Numbered from the stretch's first letter, positions 19,591 through 30,730 are shown. The stretch is DNA of 64,000 bases from Candidatus Hermodarchaeota archaeon (GCA_048885865.1 JBHLLF010000001.1:1-64000); one strand, 5' to 3'. A program made the numbers and translations. The notes: generated from the letters alone by a model not told the origin.

Positions 19591-22500
19591 ATGAGAGCTA
19601 GCGGCGTATCAATTGGTCTTATTCTAGTTATTGGATTCTTATCTATAGCAAACAGTGCTCAGATTGTTGAAGCAAATAGTTTCAATGCACTAGAACCAAT
19701 TTCATCAAATAGCATCGATCAATTCATCAAAAGCTTGGATACTCAATTAATATGGCAAAACCTGGGTCAAATTGGAAATCTTGAAACTGAATTCTATTGT
19801 GAATTCGAATCCGGTTTTGTCTGCTTTAATATGGGCCAAGTTAAAATCTGGACTGTGAATGACAGGTCTCCAATCCTTTTAGATTTTACAAGATTACAGG
19901 AAACGCATCCAATTGGTGTCCGCGAAGCTAATCCTCTTTCTCACTTCTTTCTTGGTGATAGAGGAACCTTCACGGGAGTGAAGTCCTACCATGCTGTTGA
20001 ATACCGTAATTCAGACATAGGCTGCTATATCGGATTTATCCCAATTGCTTCTGGTCTTCGATTGGAAGTTACTTCAGATGCAAGTTTGGAGGAACTCGTA
20101 ACAGTATCTAATCCAACTGAACTAGATATTCAATTCAGGTCGAGTAAATTGAATAGAATAAACCCATTGATTTCAGATGAAGATTCTGAGAATTTTATGA
20201 TGCAGGAATACCAGCTTATAGTCGATTCCGGCGATTCTTCTCTTGCACCTATTACTCAACCACAAACAGACTTTACACCTACTCAACCGGGGGTTAACTA
20301 CACATACTCCACATATTTCGGCGGAAGTAGCACTGAGTATTCATTCGATATAGATGTGGATTCTGATGACAATGTGTATTTCTGTGGTCGAACTCATTCA
20401 TCCGATTTTCCGATTCTAAATGGATTCGATTCTTCAATGGGAGGCGATAGAGATTGCTTTGTTGCGAAATTCAGTCCGAATGGAGATTTACTGTATAGCA
20501 CATATATCGGAGGTTCTTCTTATGAAGCAGGTGGGGGATCTTCGATAGCTGTTGATACCCATGGTAATGTCTATTTGGCAACTGATACTCACTCCTCAGA
20601 TTTTCCAACAGTCAACGCAATCGACCCAAGTTACAATGGAGACTATGATGTCGTTGTCTGTAAATTGAATAGTACTGGCGATTCTCTTATCTATTCGACC
20701 TATCTCGGATCATCAAACAGAGATCTGCCAGAATCAATAGCAGTTCATTCCGATGGAAGTGCCGTGATAGTAGGCTACACTTGGGGTAGCTATCCTACTG
20801 CGAATAATGGTGTGTTGGATGCTTTTGGAAGTGATCCCGGTTTCGTCACTCGTCTAAGTCCCAATGGCACTGAATTCATTTTCTCTGGATTGATTGATGC
20901 AAATGATGATGTACAATGTCAAGGAGTTGCATTTGATGATGAAGGATACATCTATGTTGCCAGCAGAACCTTTGCAACAGATTTCCCTGTTGTCAATGCC
21001 TATGATAACACATCCAACGGTAGAGCAGATGTCACTGTAATGAAACTACACCCCAATGCGTCTTCAATTGAATATTCAACATACATTGGTGGTTCGGAAG
21101 ACGAGGATTTAGCTTACATTGATATTGATGGCGACGGTAATGCCTATGTATGTGGACGTACATATTCTGATGATTTTCCGATGGTTAAGGCATTTGACAC
21201 CACTTATGGATGGGGTGACATCTTTGTGGTACGATTGAATGCAAGCGGTGAATCTCTTGATTTTTCATCCTATCTTGGTGGAGATATAATCAATGACAAC
21301 GAATTTCCATATGGTATCGTTGTAAATGATTATGGCTATGCATATGTAGCTGCAATGAGCTCTGCTATCGATTTTCAGCTCGTCCATCCAATTGATGATA
21401 CAATCAGTGGTGACGAAGTCATAATATCAAAGATTGACACTAACCAAGGTAGAATTGTGTACAGCACTTATCTTGGTGGATCTGGTAATGAGGTGGAGGC
21501 CGGTGGTATTGCATTAGATTCTATGGAAAATGCAGTTGTATGTTCTTCCACCTTTTCTACAGACTTTCCAACTGTCAATGCCTATGACTCATCTCTAGGT
21601 GGAGTAGTAGATGCTACACTCACTAAGATTCCGCCTCTTGGTGATAGTGATAATGATACTATCTTTGATTTAGATGAAGAGATCTATGGAACTAATCCCT
21701 ACGACTATGATAGTGATAATGATTCAATGGATGATGGATTTGAAATCCAGTATGGACTTGATCCCCTCTTGAACGACACGATGGATGATCTGGACAATGA
21801 CACACTCACAAATCTGGAGGAGTTTAATCTTGGAACCAATCCTAGTTCTGCTGATAGCGACAATGATACCCTTGACGATGCCTACGAAGTCCTGAATGGA
21901 CTTAATCCTCTTTCGCCTGACAGTGACAATGATACCTTGGGTGATGCCTACGAAGTCTTGAATGGCCTCAATCCTCTTTCGCCTGACAGTGACAATGATA
22001 CCTTGGGTGATGCCTATGAAGTGCTGTATGGACTCAATCCTCTCGTGAATGACACGATGGATGATCTGGACAATGACACACTCACAAATCTAGAGGAGTT
22101 CAATCTGGGAACCAATCCTAGTTCTCCCGATAGTGATAATGACACCCTCGGTGATGCCTACGAAGTGCGGTATGGACTAAATCCTCTCGTGAATGACACG
22201 ATGGATGATCTGGACAATGACACACTCACAAATCTGGAGGAGTTTAATCTTGGAACCAATCCCAGTTCTGCTGATAGTGACGATGATACCCTTGACGATG
22301 CCTACGAAATCCTGCATGGATTAAATCCACTTTCCCCGGATAGTGACAATGACACCTTGGACGATGCTTATGAAATCAATGTGCTTGGGACGAACCCGTT
22401 AAGTTCCGATTCTGATGCTGATGGTTATTCCGATGCATATGAAGTTGAACATGGGTTTGATCCCTTAGATCCAAATGATCCTCCGGCTACGACAGAGACA

Positions 22501-22632
22501 CCACACACGACAACAACAGACACAGGAGGCACAACAGACACAATAGACCTTGTTACTGTTTTAATCATCAGTGGCGGCATTATTGTTGCAGTATTTGCTA
22601 TCTGGATTGTTCTTCTCAGAGGAAAGCGTTGA
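19591..22632 (+). CDS. SBBP beta-propeller surface protein with Ca-binding DSDND repeats and C-terminal TM anchor
   Basis: Signal peptide; repeated YSTY(L/I/F)GGS..D motifs; [10 protein letters not shown]...G.NP repeats; Thr-rich linker, TM, RGKR. Confidence 0.85.
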   Translation: MRASGVSIGLILVIGFLSIANSAQIVEANSFNALEPISSNSIDQFIKSLDTQLIWQNLGQIGNLETEFYCEFESGFVCFNMGQVKIWTVNDRSPILLDFTRLQETHPIGVREANPLSHFFLGDRGTFTGVKSYHAVEYRNSDIGCYIGFIPIASGLRLEVTSDASLEELVTVSNPTELDIQFRSSKLNRINPLISDEDSENFMMQEYQLIVDSGDSSLAPITQPQTDFTPTQPGVNYTYSTYFGGSSTEYSFDIDVDSDDNVYFCGRTHSSDFPILNGFDSSMGGDRDCFVAKFSPNGDLLYSTYIGGSSYEAGGGSSIAVDTHGNVYLATDTHSSDFPTVNAIDPSYNGDYDVVVCKLNSTGDSLIYSTYLGSSNRDLPESIAVHSDGSAVIVGYTWGSYPTANNGVLDAFGSDPGFVTRLSPNGTEFIFSGLIDANDDVQCQGVAFDDEGYIYVASRTFATDFPVVNAYDNTSNGRADVTVMKLHPNASSIEYSTYIGGSEDEDLAYIDIDGDGNAYVCGRTYSDDFPMVKAFDTTYGWGDIFVVRLNASGESLDFSSYLGGDIINDNEFPYGIVVNDYGYAYVAAMSSAIDFQLVHPIDDTISGDEVIISKIDTNQGRIVYSTYLGGSGNEVEAGGIALDSMENAVVCSSTFSTDFPTVNAYDSSLGGVVDATLTKIPPLGDSDNDTIFDLDEEIYGTNPYDYDSDNDSMDDGFEIQYGLDPLLNDTMDDLDNDTLTNLEEFNLGTNPSSADSDNDTLDDAYEVLNGLNPLSPDSDNDTLGDAYEVLNGLNPLSPDSDNDTLGDAYEVLYGLNPLVNDTMDDLDNDTLTNLEEFNLGTNPSSPDSDNDTLGDAYEVRYGLNPLVNDTMDDLDNDTLTNLEEFNLGTNPSSADSDDDTLDDAYEILHGLNPLSPDSDNDTLDDAYEINVLGTNPLSSDSDADGYSDAYEVEHGFDPLDPNDPPATTETPHTTTTDTGGTTDTIDLVTVLIISGGIIVAVFAIWIVLLRGKR
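21640..22480 (+). repeat. Intragenic hierarchical tandem repeats (66-bp and 144-bp units)
   Basis: gacacgatggatgatctgg at 21775, 22051 and 22195; spacings are 276 (=144+2x66) and 144. Confidence 0.9.
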
Positions 22633-22701
22633 AGCGAATATTCTAGAGAGGGACATTGGAAAGAGCCCCTGACAACATACTATGTTTAATGGCCAAGAAC
22701 T

Positions 22702-23334
22702 CTAGGATTGAAGACACTCACTTCCAGCCTCTCGTCCCAAATCAAATGCTTTGGAATTTGCATCAACTGTCTTGGGTGGGACAAGTGCAAGCACAGCCTT
22801 CCTAACCTCTTCTGCTGGAATTGGGAAGTCTTCACAAGCTGCCGTGGCTCCGATGAGAACAGAGTTTTCTGTTCTAGCATTCCCTGCCTTTATTGCCAGA
22901 TCAAGAGAGTCCAGCAGAATTACATTATCTGTAACCTGTCGTATCTGCTTCTCAATGTCTTCAACAGTGAGGTATTTTGTCTTCTTCTCCTTGTCAAGAG
23001 CCACCTGATCGGTTTCAGTAACGGAGGCCATTCTTCGATTGCTCATGATGACAACCCCGCCTTCCTTAAGATACTCGATGTAGCGAAGTACTTCGCTGGC
23101 CTCCATTGCAATGACCATGTCTGCCTTACCGTAGGGTATCAGCGGTGAAATTGGCTTTCCTATTCTGAAATGAACATAGATTGATCCCTGTCTCTGAGAG
23201 AGACCGTGTTGTTCGCCTGTCTTCACTTCAAGGCCGGAGTCAACAGCAGCTTTGCCGAGAATAGCTGACAGAAGCATGAGACCTTGCCCGCCAACTCCTG
23301 CAAACATGATGTTGAAGGTATCAGAATCGCTCAC
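22702..23334 (-). CDS. iorB: Indolepyruvate:ferredoxin oxidoreductase beta subunit
   Basis: GVGGQG, E.HGLSQR.GS; overlaps iorA by 4 bp. Confidence 0.92.
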   Translation of the reverse strand: MSDSDTFNIMFAGVGGQGLMLLSAILGKAAVDSGLEVKTGEQHGLSQRQGSIYVHFRIGKPISPLIPYGKADMVIAMEASEVLRYIEYLKEGGVVIMSNRRMASVTETDQVALDKEKKTKYLTVEDIEKQIRQVTDNVILLDSLDLAIKAGNARTENSVLIGATAACEDFPIPAEEVRKAVLALVPPKTVDANSKAFDLGREAGSECLQS

Positions 23335-25235
23335 CTCTTCACCTCCATTTGACGGGGTGCATCAACGGGACAGACCTGCCTACATTCCAGACATCCGTCG
23401 CATAAATCCTCTTGAATCATCATTTTGTGGTCGCTCTCATCAACTGCTATAGCGGGGCAGTAGAATTCGCGCACACACGCGTAGATTCCTTTGCAGGTTT
23501 CTTTGTCATTCTCACCTGGGATGATCTTCTGACCAGCGCTCTTCTTGAGACGGTCTCCGTAGAGAGCACATTCTCGTCTGGAGATAATCACATTGAATCC
23601 ATCCGCCTCTATCGCCTTCTTGATAGATCCAATGCAATCTCGAGTTTCATAAGGATCAATGATAGTGACGCTTTCAGCTCCCAGCGCTTCAAACATTTTT
23701 TCCATGTCGATTTTCTTCGCTGGCTGGCCTCCCGCATTGTATGGCGAGTTTGGATTGTACTGCTGGCCAGTCATCGCAGTCACTGCATTATCCAGTACAA
23801 AGAGCGTCACATTCGAGTTGTGATGTATGAGATTAACTATGCCAGGCAACGCGGCATGGTACAGTGTAGAGTCTCCCACCATCGCTATCACCTTGTCTTC
23901 GAGAGCCAGCTCCATACCAGCTGAAACTCCCAGAGACGCTCCCATGGCAAGCATAGAATCAGAGAACTCGTTTGGAGGTAGGAAGGCCATGCTATAGCAG
24001 CCTATGTCGTTATTGAAGACAATCTTATCGCGGATTCTAAGTTGCTGCAATGCTTGTCGAAAAGCCCAGAGTGTTCCACGGTGCGGACATCCAGGACAGA
24101 AGATTGGAGGTCTCTCGGGAAGGATTTCCTTCAGTCGATTTGCTCTCTCCAGGACAGCATCATAGTCCATGCTTGGCTTCGTGTTCAACACCTCAGCGAG
24201 AACCTTCTCAACAATTGGCACATTGTATTCCAGCATTTCCGAGAAGTGCCCTGATTTCTTCCCAACAATGTATAGTGAAGGGTTCACATCTTTCGCTATG
24301 GCTGCAATCTTAGTTTCTAGATATGGAGTCAGCTCCTCAACAACAATGAGTGTTTGAAGTGGTTTGATGAACTCTGCTAGCTTCTTCTCTGGTAATGGAT
24401 AGATGGTGCCAAGTTTAAACACGGGGAGCTCGAGGCCGAGATTCCTCATTGCCTCCTTTGAGTGAAGGTAGCAAACACCAGCTGTAAGTATGCCGACTTC
24501 TCCAGCACCTTTGTCAATGAAATTGAAAGGAGTCTTCTCAAAGTCTTCCTTGATTGCCTTAGCCTTATCAAGCAGTTTTGCCTTCAATCGACGAGCGACT
24601 GCTCCGACTGTGAAATACTGACCCTTGACATCTGCCCATCGGTTCTTCTTGAAGGGGGTTCTGTTTAACTCTCCGAGATTGACCATGCCCCTCTGGTGAT
24701 TGACTCTTGTTGTAGTCCTGATGATTACCAGCGACTTGTGCTTCTCTGATACCTCAAAGGCCCACTTGACCATATCATGAGCCTCCTGTGGTGTGGAGGG
24801 TTCTATCATCGGCACATATGCAGATTCGCCGTAATACCTTCCATCTTGCTCGCTCTGAGATGAATGAGCGTAAGGATCGTCAGCAATAAGGCAGACGCAT
24901 CCTGCGTTTACTCCAACATATCCGAGGCTGTACATAGAATCACTAGCAACATTCATTCCTACGCTTTTCATGGAGGTGAATGCGCGTTGTCCAGCCATTG
25001 AGGCCCCTGCAACAGTTTCCAGAGCCACTTTCTCATTGGCTGCGATATGCATCTTATAATCGCCGAAATGGTCAAGCACCTCGCCAAATGTATCTAGAAT
25101 CTCGCTGACGGGCGAACCGGGGTAGAATGCAACTATCTTTACGTCGGCTTCTAGCGCTCCTCTCACTACAGCTTCATTCGAAAGCATGAGTGCAGGTCCT
25201 TTATCTGTCCGCTTCACATCCTCAACAGTCATCAA
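23331..25235 (-). CDS. iorA: Indolepyruvate:ferredoxin oxidoreductase alpha subunit
   Basis: YPGSP, NEKVALE, DDP..HSSQ.EQD, CPGCPHR, DIGCY, GDST, C-terminal ferredoxin. Confidence 0.95.
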   Translation of the reverse strand: MMTVEDVKRTDKGPALMLSNEAVVRGALEADVKIVAFYPGSPVSEILDTFGEVLDHFGDYKMHIAANEKVALETVAGASMAGQRAFTSMKSVGMNVASDSMYSLGYVGVNAGCVCLIADDPYAHSSQSEQDGRYYGESAYVPMIEPSTPQEAHDMVKWAFEVSEKHKSLVIIRTTTRVNHQRGMVNLGELNRTPFKKNRWADVKGQYFTVGAVARRLKAKLLDKAKAIKEDFEKTPFNFIDKGAGEVGILTAGVCYLHSKEAMRNLGLELPVFKLGTIYPLPEKKLAEFIKPLQTLIVVEELTPYLETKIAAIAKDVNPSLYIVGKKSGHFSEMLEYNVPIVEKVLAEVLNTKPSMDYDAVLERANRLKEILPERPPIFCPGCPHRGTLWAFRQALQQLRIRDKIVFNNDIGCYSMAFLPPNEFSDSMLAMGASLGVSAGMELALEDKVIAMVGDSTLYHAALPGIVNLIHHNSNVTLFVLDNAVTAMTGQQYNPNSPYNAGGQPAKKIDMEKMFEALGAESVTIIDPYETRDCIGSIKKAIEADGFNVIISRRECALYGDRLKKSAGQKIIPGENDKETCKGIYACVREFYCPAIAVDESDHKMMIQEDLCDGCLECRQVCPVDAPRQMEVKR

Positions 25236-25350
25236 TTCTCTCTCCGAAGCAAACTCGATTGTCGGGTTACAGCTCAGATGCGAATAATCAACATAAGCGT
25301 TCGGCTATGGCAATCAAATTCACGCTGAGTTTGGGAGTCGCTTTTTGTGG

Positions 25351-25395
25351 CATAATTATGTAGTCATTACTATGTGTACATAATAATGTATAAAT
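25351..25395 (+). promoter_or_regulatory. Three CAT-N4-ATG palindromes at 14-bp period abutting a TATA box
   Basis: cataattatg at 25351, cattactatg at 25365, cataataatg at 25379, then tataaat. Confidence 0.55.
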
Positions 25396-25428
25396 AGCAA
25401 GAATGCGCTGAATGCATCTTGATTTGCA

Positions 25429-25728
25429 ATGTCATCATCACTGCCTGCGACTCGTGTTGATTTTCCCCAAGCCATTGTTGAGGTGCTTGCCGCGTTGAAG
25501 GAGGTTCCCTCCGCCTCGATATCAGGTTTGGCAAGATCAACAGGAATCGACCGTCGTACTGTATCAAAGGCTATAGACCTTATAATGAGCGTTCAAGATT
25601 CACTAGCTACTAGAAAGATAGACCGAAGGAAGGAGGGTAAAATGTGGGTAGTTACAATGAGAAACAGGACAGTAGAGTTCTTCCAGAGTGCAATACGCAG
25701 GCTGCGGTCAAGAGGAGAGAAAGGCTGA
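25429..25728 (+). CDS. Small HTH DNA-binding protein
   Basis: SISGLARSTGIDRRTVSKAI. Confidence 0.8.
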   Translation: MSSSLPATRVDFPQAIVEVLAALKEVPSASISGLARSTGIDRRTVSKAIDLIMSVQDSLATRKIDRRKEGKMWVVTMRNRTVEFFQSAIRRLRSRGEKG

Positions 25729-26300
25729 ATCTATCCTTTCCGAATTTCGACCATGTGGTGAATCGGGCTGCAATCAGAGCCCGCTATTTGCGTATCTTGG
25801 CAACATTCACTATTCTGGCCGCCATCTCGACATATTGGATGTTTCAATATGTTGGCTGGAGTGCATTAGCACAGCTTGCAGGAATAATACTTGTCGCAGC
25901 GATAGGTGAAAGCTACGTATCTTCACAGGGATACTATGAATACCCCAAGAACCACAGCAATGGCCCCTTCATTAGAAATGTACCAATATGGATTCCATTC
26001 CTATGGATTTTCTCGATTCAGGCTGCCTTTCTCACTGGATTGATCTTTGGGTTATCAGGTCTTGAAGCATGTGTGCTATCTGGACTACTAGCTTTAGTGT
26101 TTGATCTTCTCTTCCTTGAACCCTACTTCAGTCGCCAGAAGGAGCTCTGGATTTGGTATTCTGTTCAAGATGGCTATTTCAGGTTCATACCATCACGATT
26201 GGATCGGTTTACGGCTCCACCCGGCAATTATCTCGTTTGGCTGATATTTCCCATCCTGATGAATTATGGGACAATCCTTCTATCTATGATTGCGTCGTGA
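25644..26300 (+). CDS. Membrane protein, possibly DUF422/CruF-like
   Basis: E......GYYEY, VP.WIPFLW, D.LFLEP, W.W, P.GNY..W pattern; start uncertain (~25725). Confidence 0.55.
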   Translation: MGSYNEKQDSRVLPECNTQAAVKRRERLNLSFPNFDHVVNRAAIRARYLRILATFTILAAISTYWMFQYVGWSALAQLAGIILVAAIGESYVSSQGYYEYPKNHSNGPFIRNVPIWIPFLWIFSIQAAFLTGLIFGLSGLEACVLSGLLALVFDLLFLEPYFSRQKELWIWYSVQDGYFRFIPSRLDRFTAPPGNYLVWLIFPILMNYGTILLSMIAS

Positions 26301-26361
26301 TTCTTCCTCATCTCAGACAAGAGGTCAAGCTTCAAATCCATCCAAGAGCTTTCATTTCTAG

Positions 26362-27267
26362 GTGCACTCTTTGGCCAAGATTCGCGACCTCGAGCAGTCA
26401 GATATGGAAGGAGTCATTGCCATCTGTTCGACAACTTGGGGCGGCAACGACTACATACCCGAAGTCTTGCCAAATTGGATTGATGATCCGGAATACATCG
26501 TTAGGGGCCTCTTTGAAGAGAATGAACTCCTATCTATCTGCACTCTCCAATTAGTCCCATCATTGGATACTGGGTATATTTCTGGTCTGAGAACGAAAGA
26601 GGACCATCGTCAAGTGGGCCATGGCAAAAGGCTCACCAAGAATTTGATTGATACCGCACGAGAGATTGGTGTAAGGCATCTTCTATACCTGACAATGAAC
26701 TTCAACGAACCATCTATGAAACTAGCTGAGCATGTGGGATTCTCTCTAAGAGACCAGTATGGTTCTTTTCATCTCTACACGCCTTTTCCATCTCACCCAA
26801 CGCCAAGTCCTGAGTTAATTCCAATAAAGGCAAGTCCTGAACGTATCGCCGAGGTTTTCAGAACTACTCCCTCTCTTGTCCCCAATCACTACATCCCATT
26901 CGATTTTCATTTCTATCAGAAGGCTCTCAGCAATCTTAAGCATATATCAGCTAACACGGTTTTTCGTCTTGTGACAGACGAGAATGGTAATCCAGGTGGC
27001 CTGTATTATAGCGCTCCATTACGCGATGATCGAGGAGAACGTGCCACTTCCTATATAGTCTACACGACGAATCAAAGCATCTTTGTTGATATGATGGCAA
27101 GGATTGTAGACGAGATATCAGATAGGGGAGCTACGCGAGTCACCTTTATCATGGGGTCTAATGCAACCAGGTGGGTAACAGGATTGGGATATACCGACTC
27201 TGAGATGGTTTCCTGGCCTGGAGATTTCTCAGAACGTCGTTTATTCCTCTATGAGCTAGTACTGTAG
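26362..27267 (+). CDS. GNAT-family N-acetyltransferase
   Basis: GLRT...RQVGHG motif A; N.PS.KLA..GF. Confidence 0.85.
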   Translation: MHSLAKIRDLEQSDMEGVIAICSTTWGGNDYIPEVLPNWIDDPEYIVRGLFEENELLSICTLQLVPSLDTGYISGLRTKEDHRQVGHGKRLTKNLIDTAREIGVRHLLYLTMNFNEPSMKLAEHVGFSLRDQYGSFHLYTPFPSHPTPSPELIPIKASPERIAEVFRTTPSLVPNHYIPFDFHFYQKALSNLKHISANTVFRLVTDENGNPGGLYYSAPLRDDRGERATSYIVYTTNQSIFVDMMARIVDEISDRGATRVTFIMGSNATRWVTGLGYTDSEMVSWPGDFSERRLFLYELVL

Positions 27268-27307
27268 AAAGAGAGGAATTAATACGCGTGCGAACTAATC
27301 ATCAATC

Positions 27308-27472
27308 ATGACAAGGAGACTGTCTGTGAAGATCCCAAAGGATTACAAGCTTCAGTTCGAGAGAAAGAACAAAGAATATGAATTGGGCTACGCTTCCTTT
27401 CCTGAGTTCATAAGGGATTGTATGCGAAGACGCTTCAATGAATTAGATGCGGCTCATAAAAGAAATGGCTAG
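27308..27472 (+). CDS. Ribbon-helix-helix (CopG-like) small protein, 54 aa, not in the ORF track
   Basis: Manual translation MTRRLSVKIPKDYKLQFERKNKEYELGYASFPEFIRDCMRRRFNELDAAHKRNG; alternating strand, then GY.S..EFIR helix. Confidence 0.75.
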   Translation: MTRRLSVKIPKDYKLQFERKNKEYELGYASFPEFIRDCMRRRFNELDAAHKRNG

Positions 27473-27620
27473 TCTGTTTCCTATTAATTTTACAGCCCAA
27501 AGCCTATGATAAACCAAACAAGCTTCATATTCGGTTCTGCCTTTCTGCCGACTAGATGTGAACCAAAAGGAGTTCCAGAAATCTTTAGGGACCTTCAGTG
27601 CCTTTCTTGGAAGTGGTGCC

Positions 27621-27884
27621 ATGGAAATTGTCTTCAAATGCCCTGAATGCAGTGGGAAAACCAACATAGAGTTATCTGCGAAAGAGGCTGCAAAAATCAG
27701 ACGAAATATACTGAGCGAAGGACGGTCTCCTCTGTTCATTGTTCATTGTGAAAATGAGCATGAGCTTATCGTCACCTTTTACAATCTTAGGACCGGTGAA
27801 GGCATAGGAGTGCGGGATGTTGTCGTGGCTCATCGTATAGCAGAAAAGAGTCCTTCCAAAAAGAAAGCACGAAAGAGGAAATGA
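27621..27884 (+). CDS. Small Zn-ribbon-like protein
   Basis: CPEC ... HCENEH, basic tail; lies upstream of a GTPase. Confidence 0.7.
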   Translation: MEIVFKCPECSGKTNIELSAKEAAKIRRNILSEGRSPLFIVHCENEHELIVTFYNLRTGEGIGVRDVVVAHRIAEKSPSKKKARKRK

Positions 27885-28017
27885 GTTCTGATGATATATC
27901 CCCAATATGCCTGGAGATTATGGATTCATCCACCTAATCCTTTAATTGACTTACATCACGAATTACCCGCGGACGAATAACAGACCAGTGACATGTACAC
28001 CTAGGGATGGGATTGGC

Positions 28018-28560
28018 ATGCCAATAGTGAAAGCAGTGATTCTGGGGGACTCTGAATGCGGCAAAACTTCCTTTACGTCACGCTGGACTAATGGTACCTT
28101 TCCTAATCCTGAAACCCTTCAAACAACGATTGGTGCCAGCTTCGCCACTAAAAGGGTTGAAGATTCTAATGGGAACAGCACCGTGCTTTCTCTATGGGAT
28201 TTCGGCGGACAAATGAGATTCATAGAGCAATTGAAGACCATGATAAAGGGATGTATAATCGGGCTCCTCTTCTTTGACGTAACCCTTCTGCAGAGCCTGG
28301 ACAATCTAATCACTTACTGGGTGCCAATGATAGAGGAGAACGCTGGATTCGACTTCAACAAGAATGATGGCTCCAGATTTATTCTAGTGGGCAACAAGAT
28401 TGACCTCTTGGATGGTACATTTGACAATATCCACAGAGAGATGATCCAGTTTGCAGAGGATACCGGTACTGGATTGCAGCTGATTTCGGCAAAGACTGGA
28501 ATTGGTATTGAGCAGCTAGACTTCAAGATTAGAGAGTTGGTCCAGAAGTTTAGCCACTAG
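28018..28560 (+). CDS. Rab-like small GTPase (Ras superfamily)
   Basis: GDSECGKT, TTIGASF, WDFGGQ, NKID, SAK. Confidence 0.93.
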   Translation: MPIVKAVILGDSECGKTSFTSRWTNGTFPNPETLQTTIGASFATKRVEDSNGNSTVLSLWDFGGQMRFIEQLKTMIKGCIIGLLFFDVTLLQSLDNLITYWVPMIEENAGFDFNKNDGSRFILVGNKIDLLDGTFDNIHREMIQFAEDTGTGLQLISAKTGIGIEQLDFKIRELVQKFSH

Positions 28561-28573
28561 CTAGTTCTGGTAC

Positions 28574-29056
28574 TCAACCGCCGGGACTTCCATGCCAAGG
28601 TGAGTCTTTCCAAAGAATGTCCCAGATGTCATCCTCTGTCAATGTTTCAGGCTCAACGACAGCTTTATGGAGTTCCTTCAAGAGGGCGTGATGTCGCACC
28701 TCATCTTCGCGAATCATCAATGCGATTGTCTTGACCTGCTCACTGTCATTCTTGTCAGCTAGTTCCTGATAGGTTTCGATTGCCTTTGCTTCAATCTCGA
28801 TGTGTTTTGCTATGCCCTTAGCAATCTTGTCTCGTTCTTTCTCACTGATAAAGGGAGTTGGACCCTCCACAGCTTTCCTCAGTGCTTTCAGCAACGTGGC
28901 GTGTTTATTGGAGTCCATAGAAACTCCTAGAAGCAGCTCCTTGATGAAGACATTGCCTAGCTGAGAAACATTCTCTTCCACTATCTTGATAATATTATAT
29001 TCCATCTCAATCTGCTTGTCGATAAAGTCTAGCGTTTCTTCCTTATTCACTCTCAT
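28574..29056 (-). CDS. Ferritin-like/rubrerythrin-family protein
   Basis: E..E, DS.KH, HIEIE, DEVRHH; C-terminal DSPWHGSPGG. Confidence 0.8.
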   Translation of the reverse strand: MRVNKEETLDFIDKQIEMEYNIIKIVEENVSQLGNVFIKELLLGVSMDSNKHATLLKALRKAVEGPTPFISEKERDKIAKGIAKHIEIEAKAIETYQELADKNDSEQVKTIALMIREDEVRHHALLKELHKAVVEPETLTEDDIWDILWKDSPWHGSPGG

Positions 29057-29220
29057 ACCACTCCTTGTTGAAGACTGACCTGTTTGGAGCATTTGTCACT
29101 TAAGACTCTTCACACATGACTGTCGCTAACAACCTCTTCACAACTTATATCAGCATTGCCGCACCAACCGAGAATTGACCTAGGAATTCCTAAGACTTGA
29201 TGCGAGGAGGTACGTCAAGG

Positions 29221-29463
29221 ATGGCGAAGGTGACGATTTACACAGCACCAGATTGTCCTCATTCAAAGAAGCTAAAGCAGTTCCTCTCGGAGGCAGGAAC
29301 AGAAATTGAGGAGAAATGTATTCTTACAAATCCAGAAACCCTAGCTGAACTAATTGAAGTCAGTGCCCAGAGAGCCATTCCAACAACGGTACTTGGAGAA
29401 GACGTGTATGTGGGCTTCGACAGACGAACCGAGCGTAGATTAAGGCGCAAATTGGAGGGATAA
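29221..29463 (+). CDS. Glutaredoxin/NrdH-like protein (CPHS)
   Basis: IYT..CPHS, AIP, VGFD. Confidence 0.85.
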   Translation: MAKVTIYTAPDCPHSKKLKQFLSEAGTEIEEKCILTNPETLAELIEVSAQRAIPTTVLGEDVYVGFDRRTERRLRRKLEG

Positions 29464-29467
29464 CGAG

Positions 29468-30397
29468 ATGTACGACCTAGTTGTAATTGGATCGGGAGTA
29501 ACAGGATATGGTACAGCTATGTATGCAGCTCGCCTTGATCTTTCTGTGGCAGTAATAGGCGATGTGGATGGTGGAACAATCACTCTGACTGATGACGTCG
29601 CCAACTATCCGGGCTTCATTCAACTCACCGGCAAGGAACTTGCTGACAATCTCAAGGCCCATGCTTTGGACTACCCGGTCACAATCGAAAATGGCAAGGT
29701 CGAAGACATCTTTAGGGATGACCAGGACTTCTTCTATGTGATCACATCAAACAAGACATTCCTCGCCAAGTCCGTTGTTTTTGCCACAGGCATGAAAGAG
29801 CGTGAATTGGAGGTTCCAGGACACGATGAATTGCGAAATAAGGGAGTTTCCTACTGCGCCTTATGCGATGCCCCTCTATTCAAGGACAAGACTGTAGCTG
29901 TTGTGGGTGGAAGTGACAGCTCTGCAAAGGAAGCACTGCTACTTGCCAAGTACTGTCCAAAGGTCTACATCATCTATCGCAGAGAGAAGATACGACCTGA
30001 GCCTATCAACGCCAGAAGAATTGAGAATGAACCAAAGATCGAGATCATCTCAAAGACGAATGTGACTGAGATTCTTGGAGAGTCTAGAGTCACAGGCGTC
30101 AAGCTTGACAATCCGCACAACGGATCGGATACTCTCCCTCTTGATGCAGTATTCATTGCAATCGGTGGGATTCCGTTCTCAGATCTCGCAAAGAAACTTG
30201 GTGTTGAAACGAATGAGAAGGGAGAGATAATCATCGACCGCTCAAGCCGTACAAACATTGAAGGTGTTTTCGCAGCAGGAGATGTTGTTGATACTGAGTT
30301 CAAGCAAGCAATCACTGGAGTTGCAGAGGGCGTTCATGCTGCATATCAGGCATATAGGTATGTCAACGAGAAGGAATTCGCATTCCATTGTGACTAG
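29468..30397 (+). CDS. trxB: Thioredoxin reductase
   Basis: GVSYCALCD, VGGSDS, T.IEGVFAAGD, QAITGVAEG. Confidence 0.92.
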   Translation: MYDLVVIGSGVTGYGTAMYAARLDLSVAVIGDVDGGTITLTDDVANYPGFIQLTGKELADNLKAHALDYPVTIENGKVEDIFRDDQDFFYVITSNKTFLAKSVVFATGMKERELEVPGHDELRNKGVSYCALCDAPLFKDKTVAVVGGSDSSAKEALLLAKYCPKVYIIYRREKIRPEPINARRIENEPKIEIISKTNVTEILGESRVTGVKLDNPHNGSDTLPLDAVFIAIGGIPFSDLAKKLGVETNEKGEIIIDRSSRTNIEGVFAAGDVVDTEFKQAITGVAEGVHAAYQAYRYVNEKEFAFHCD

Positions 30398-30414
30398 AAT
30401 ATCCAGAATGAGGC

Positions 30415-30696
30415 TCAATTTCCAAGTGCAATTCGCCATGGATATAGTTCAGCATGGAATATTCCTGCTTTGACTGCAGGATCTCCCTTCATAATCTCAA
30501 TTGCTCGTTCGTTTGTTTCAGCCTGAATTATTGAGAGGCCAATTAATACTTCGCTGAATCTCCCTGCCATTATCAGATCCCCCTTCTTTTGCAGCTCTTG
30601 GAGGTACCTGAAATGCTCACCTACAATTTCTTCAGTGCCTTTTTCTCCGTATGCTGGTGCAGGCCGCAGCATAATAACATAGGATTGCTTTTCCAC
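30415..30696 (-). CDS. YciI-family protein
   Basis: H..YL..L...G.LIMAG, DPAV..G; GTG start after aggagg. Confidence 0.85.
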   Translation of the reverse strand: MEKQSYVIMLRPAPAYGEKGTEEIVGEHFRYLQELQKKGDLIMAGRFSEVLIGLSIIQAETNERAIEIMKGDPAVKAGIFHAELYPWRIALGN

Positions 30697-30730
30697 AATT
30701 CTCTCCTCCTTGTATGAAACAATGATTTCT

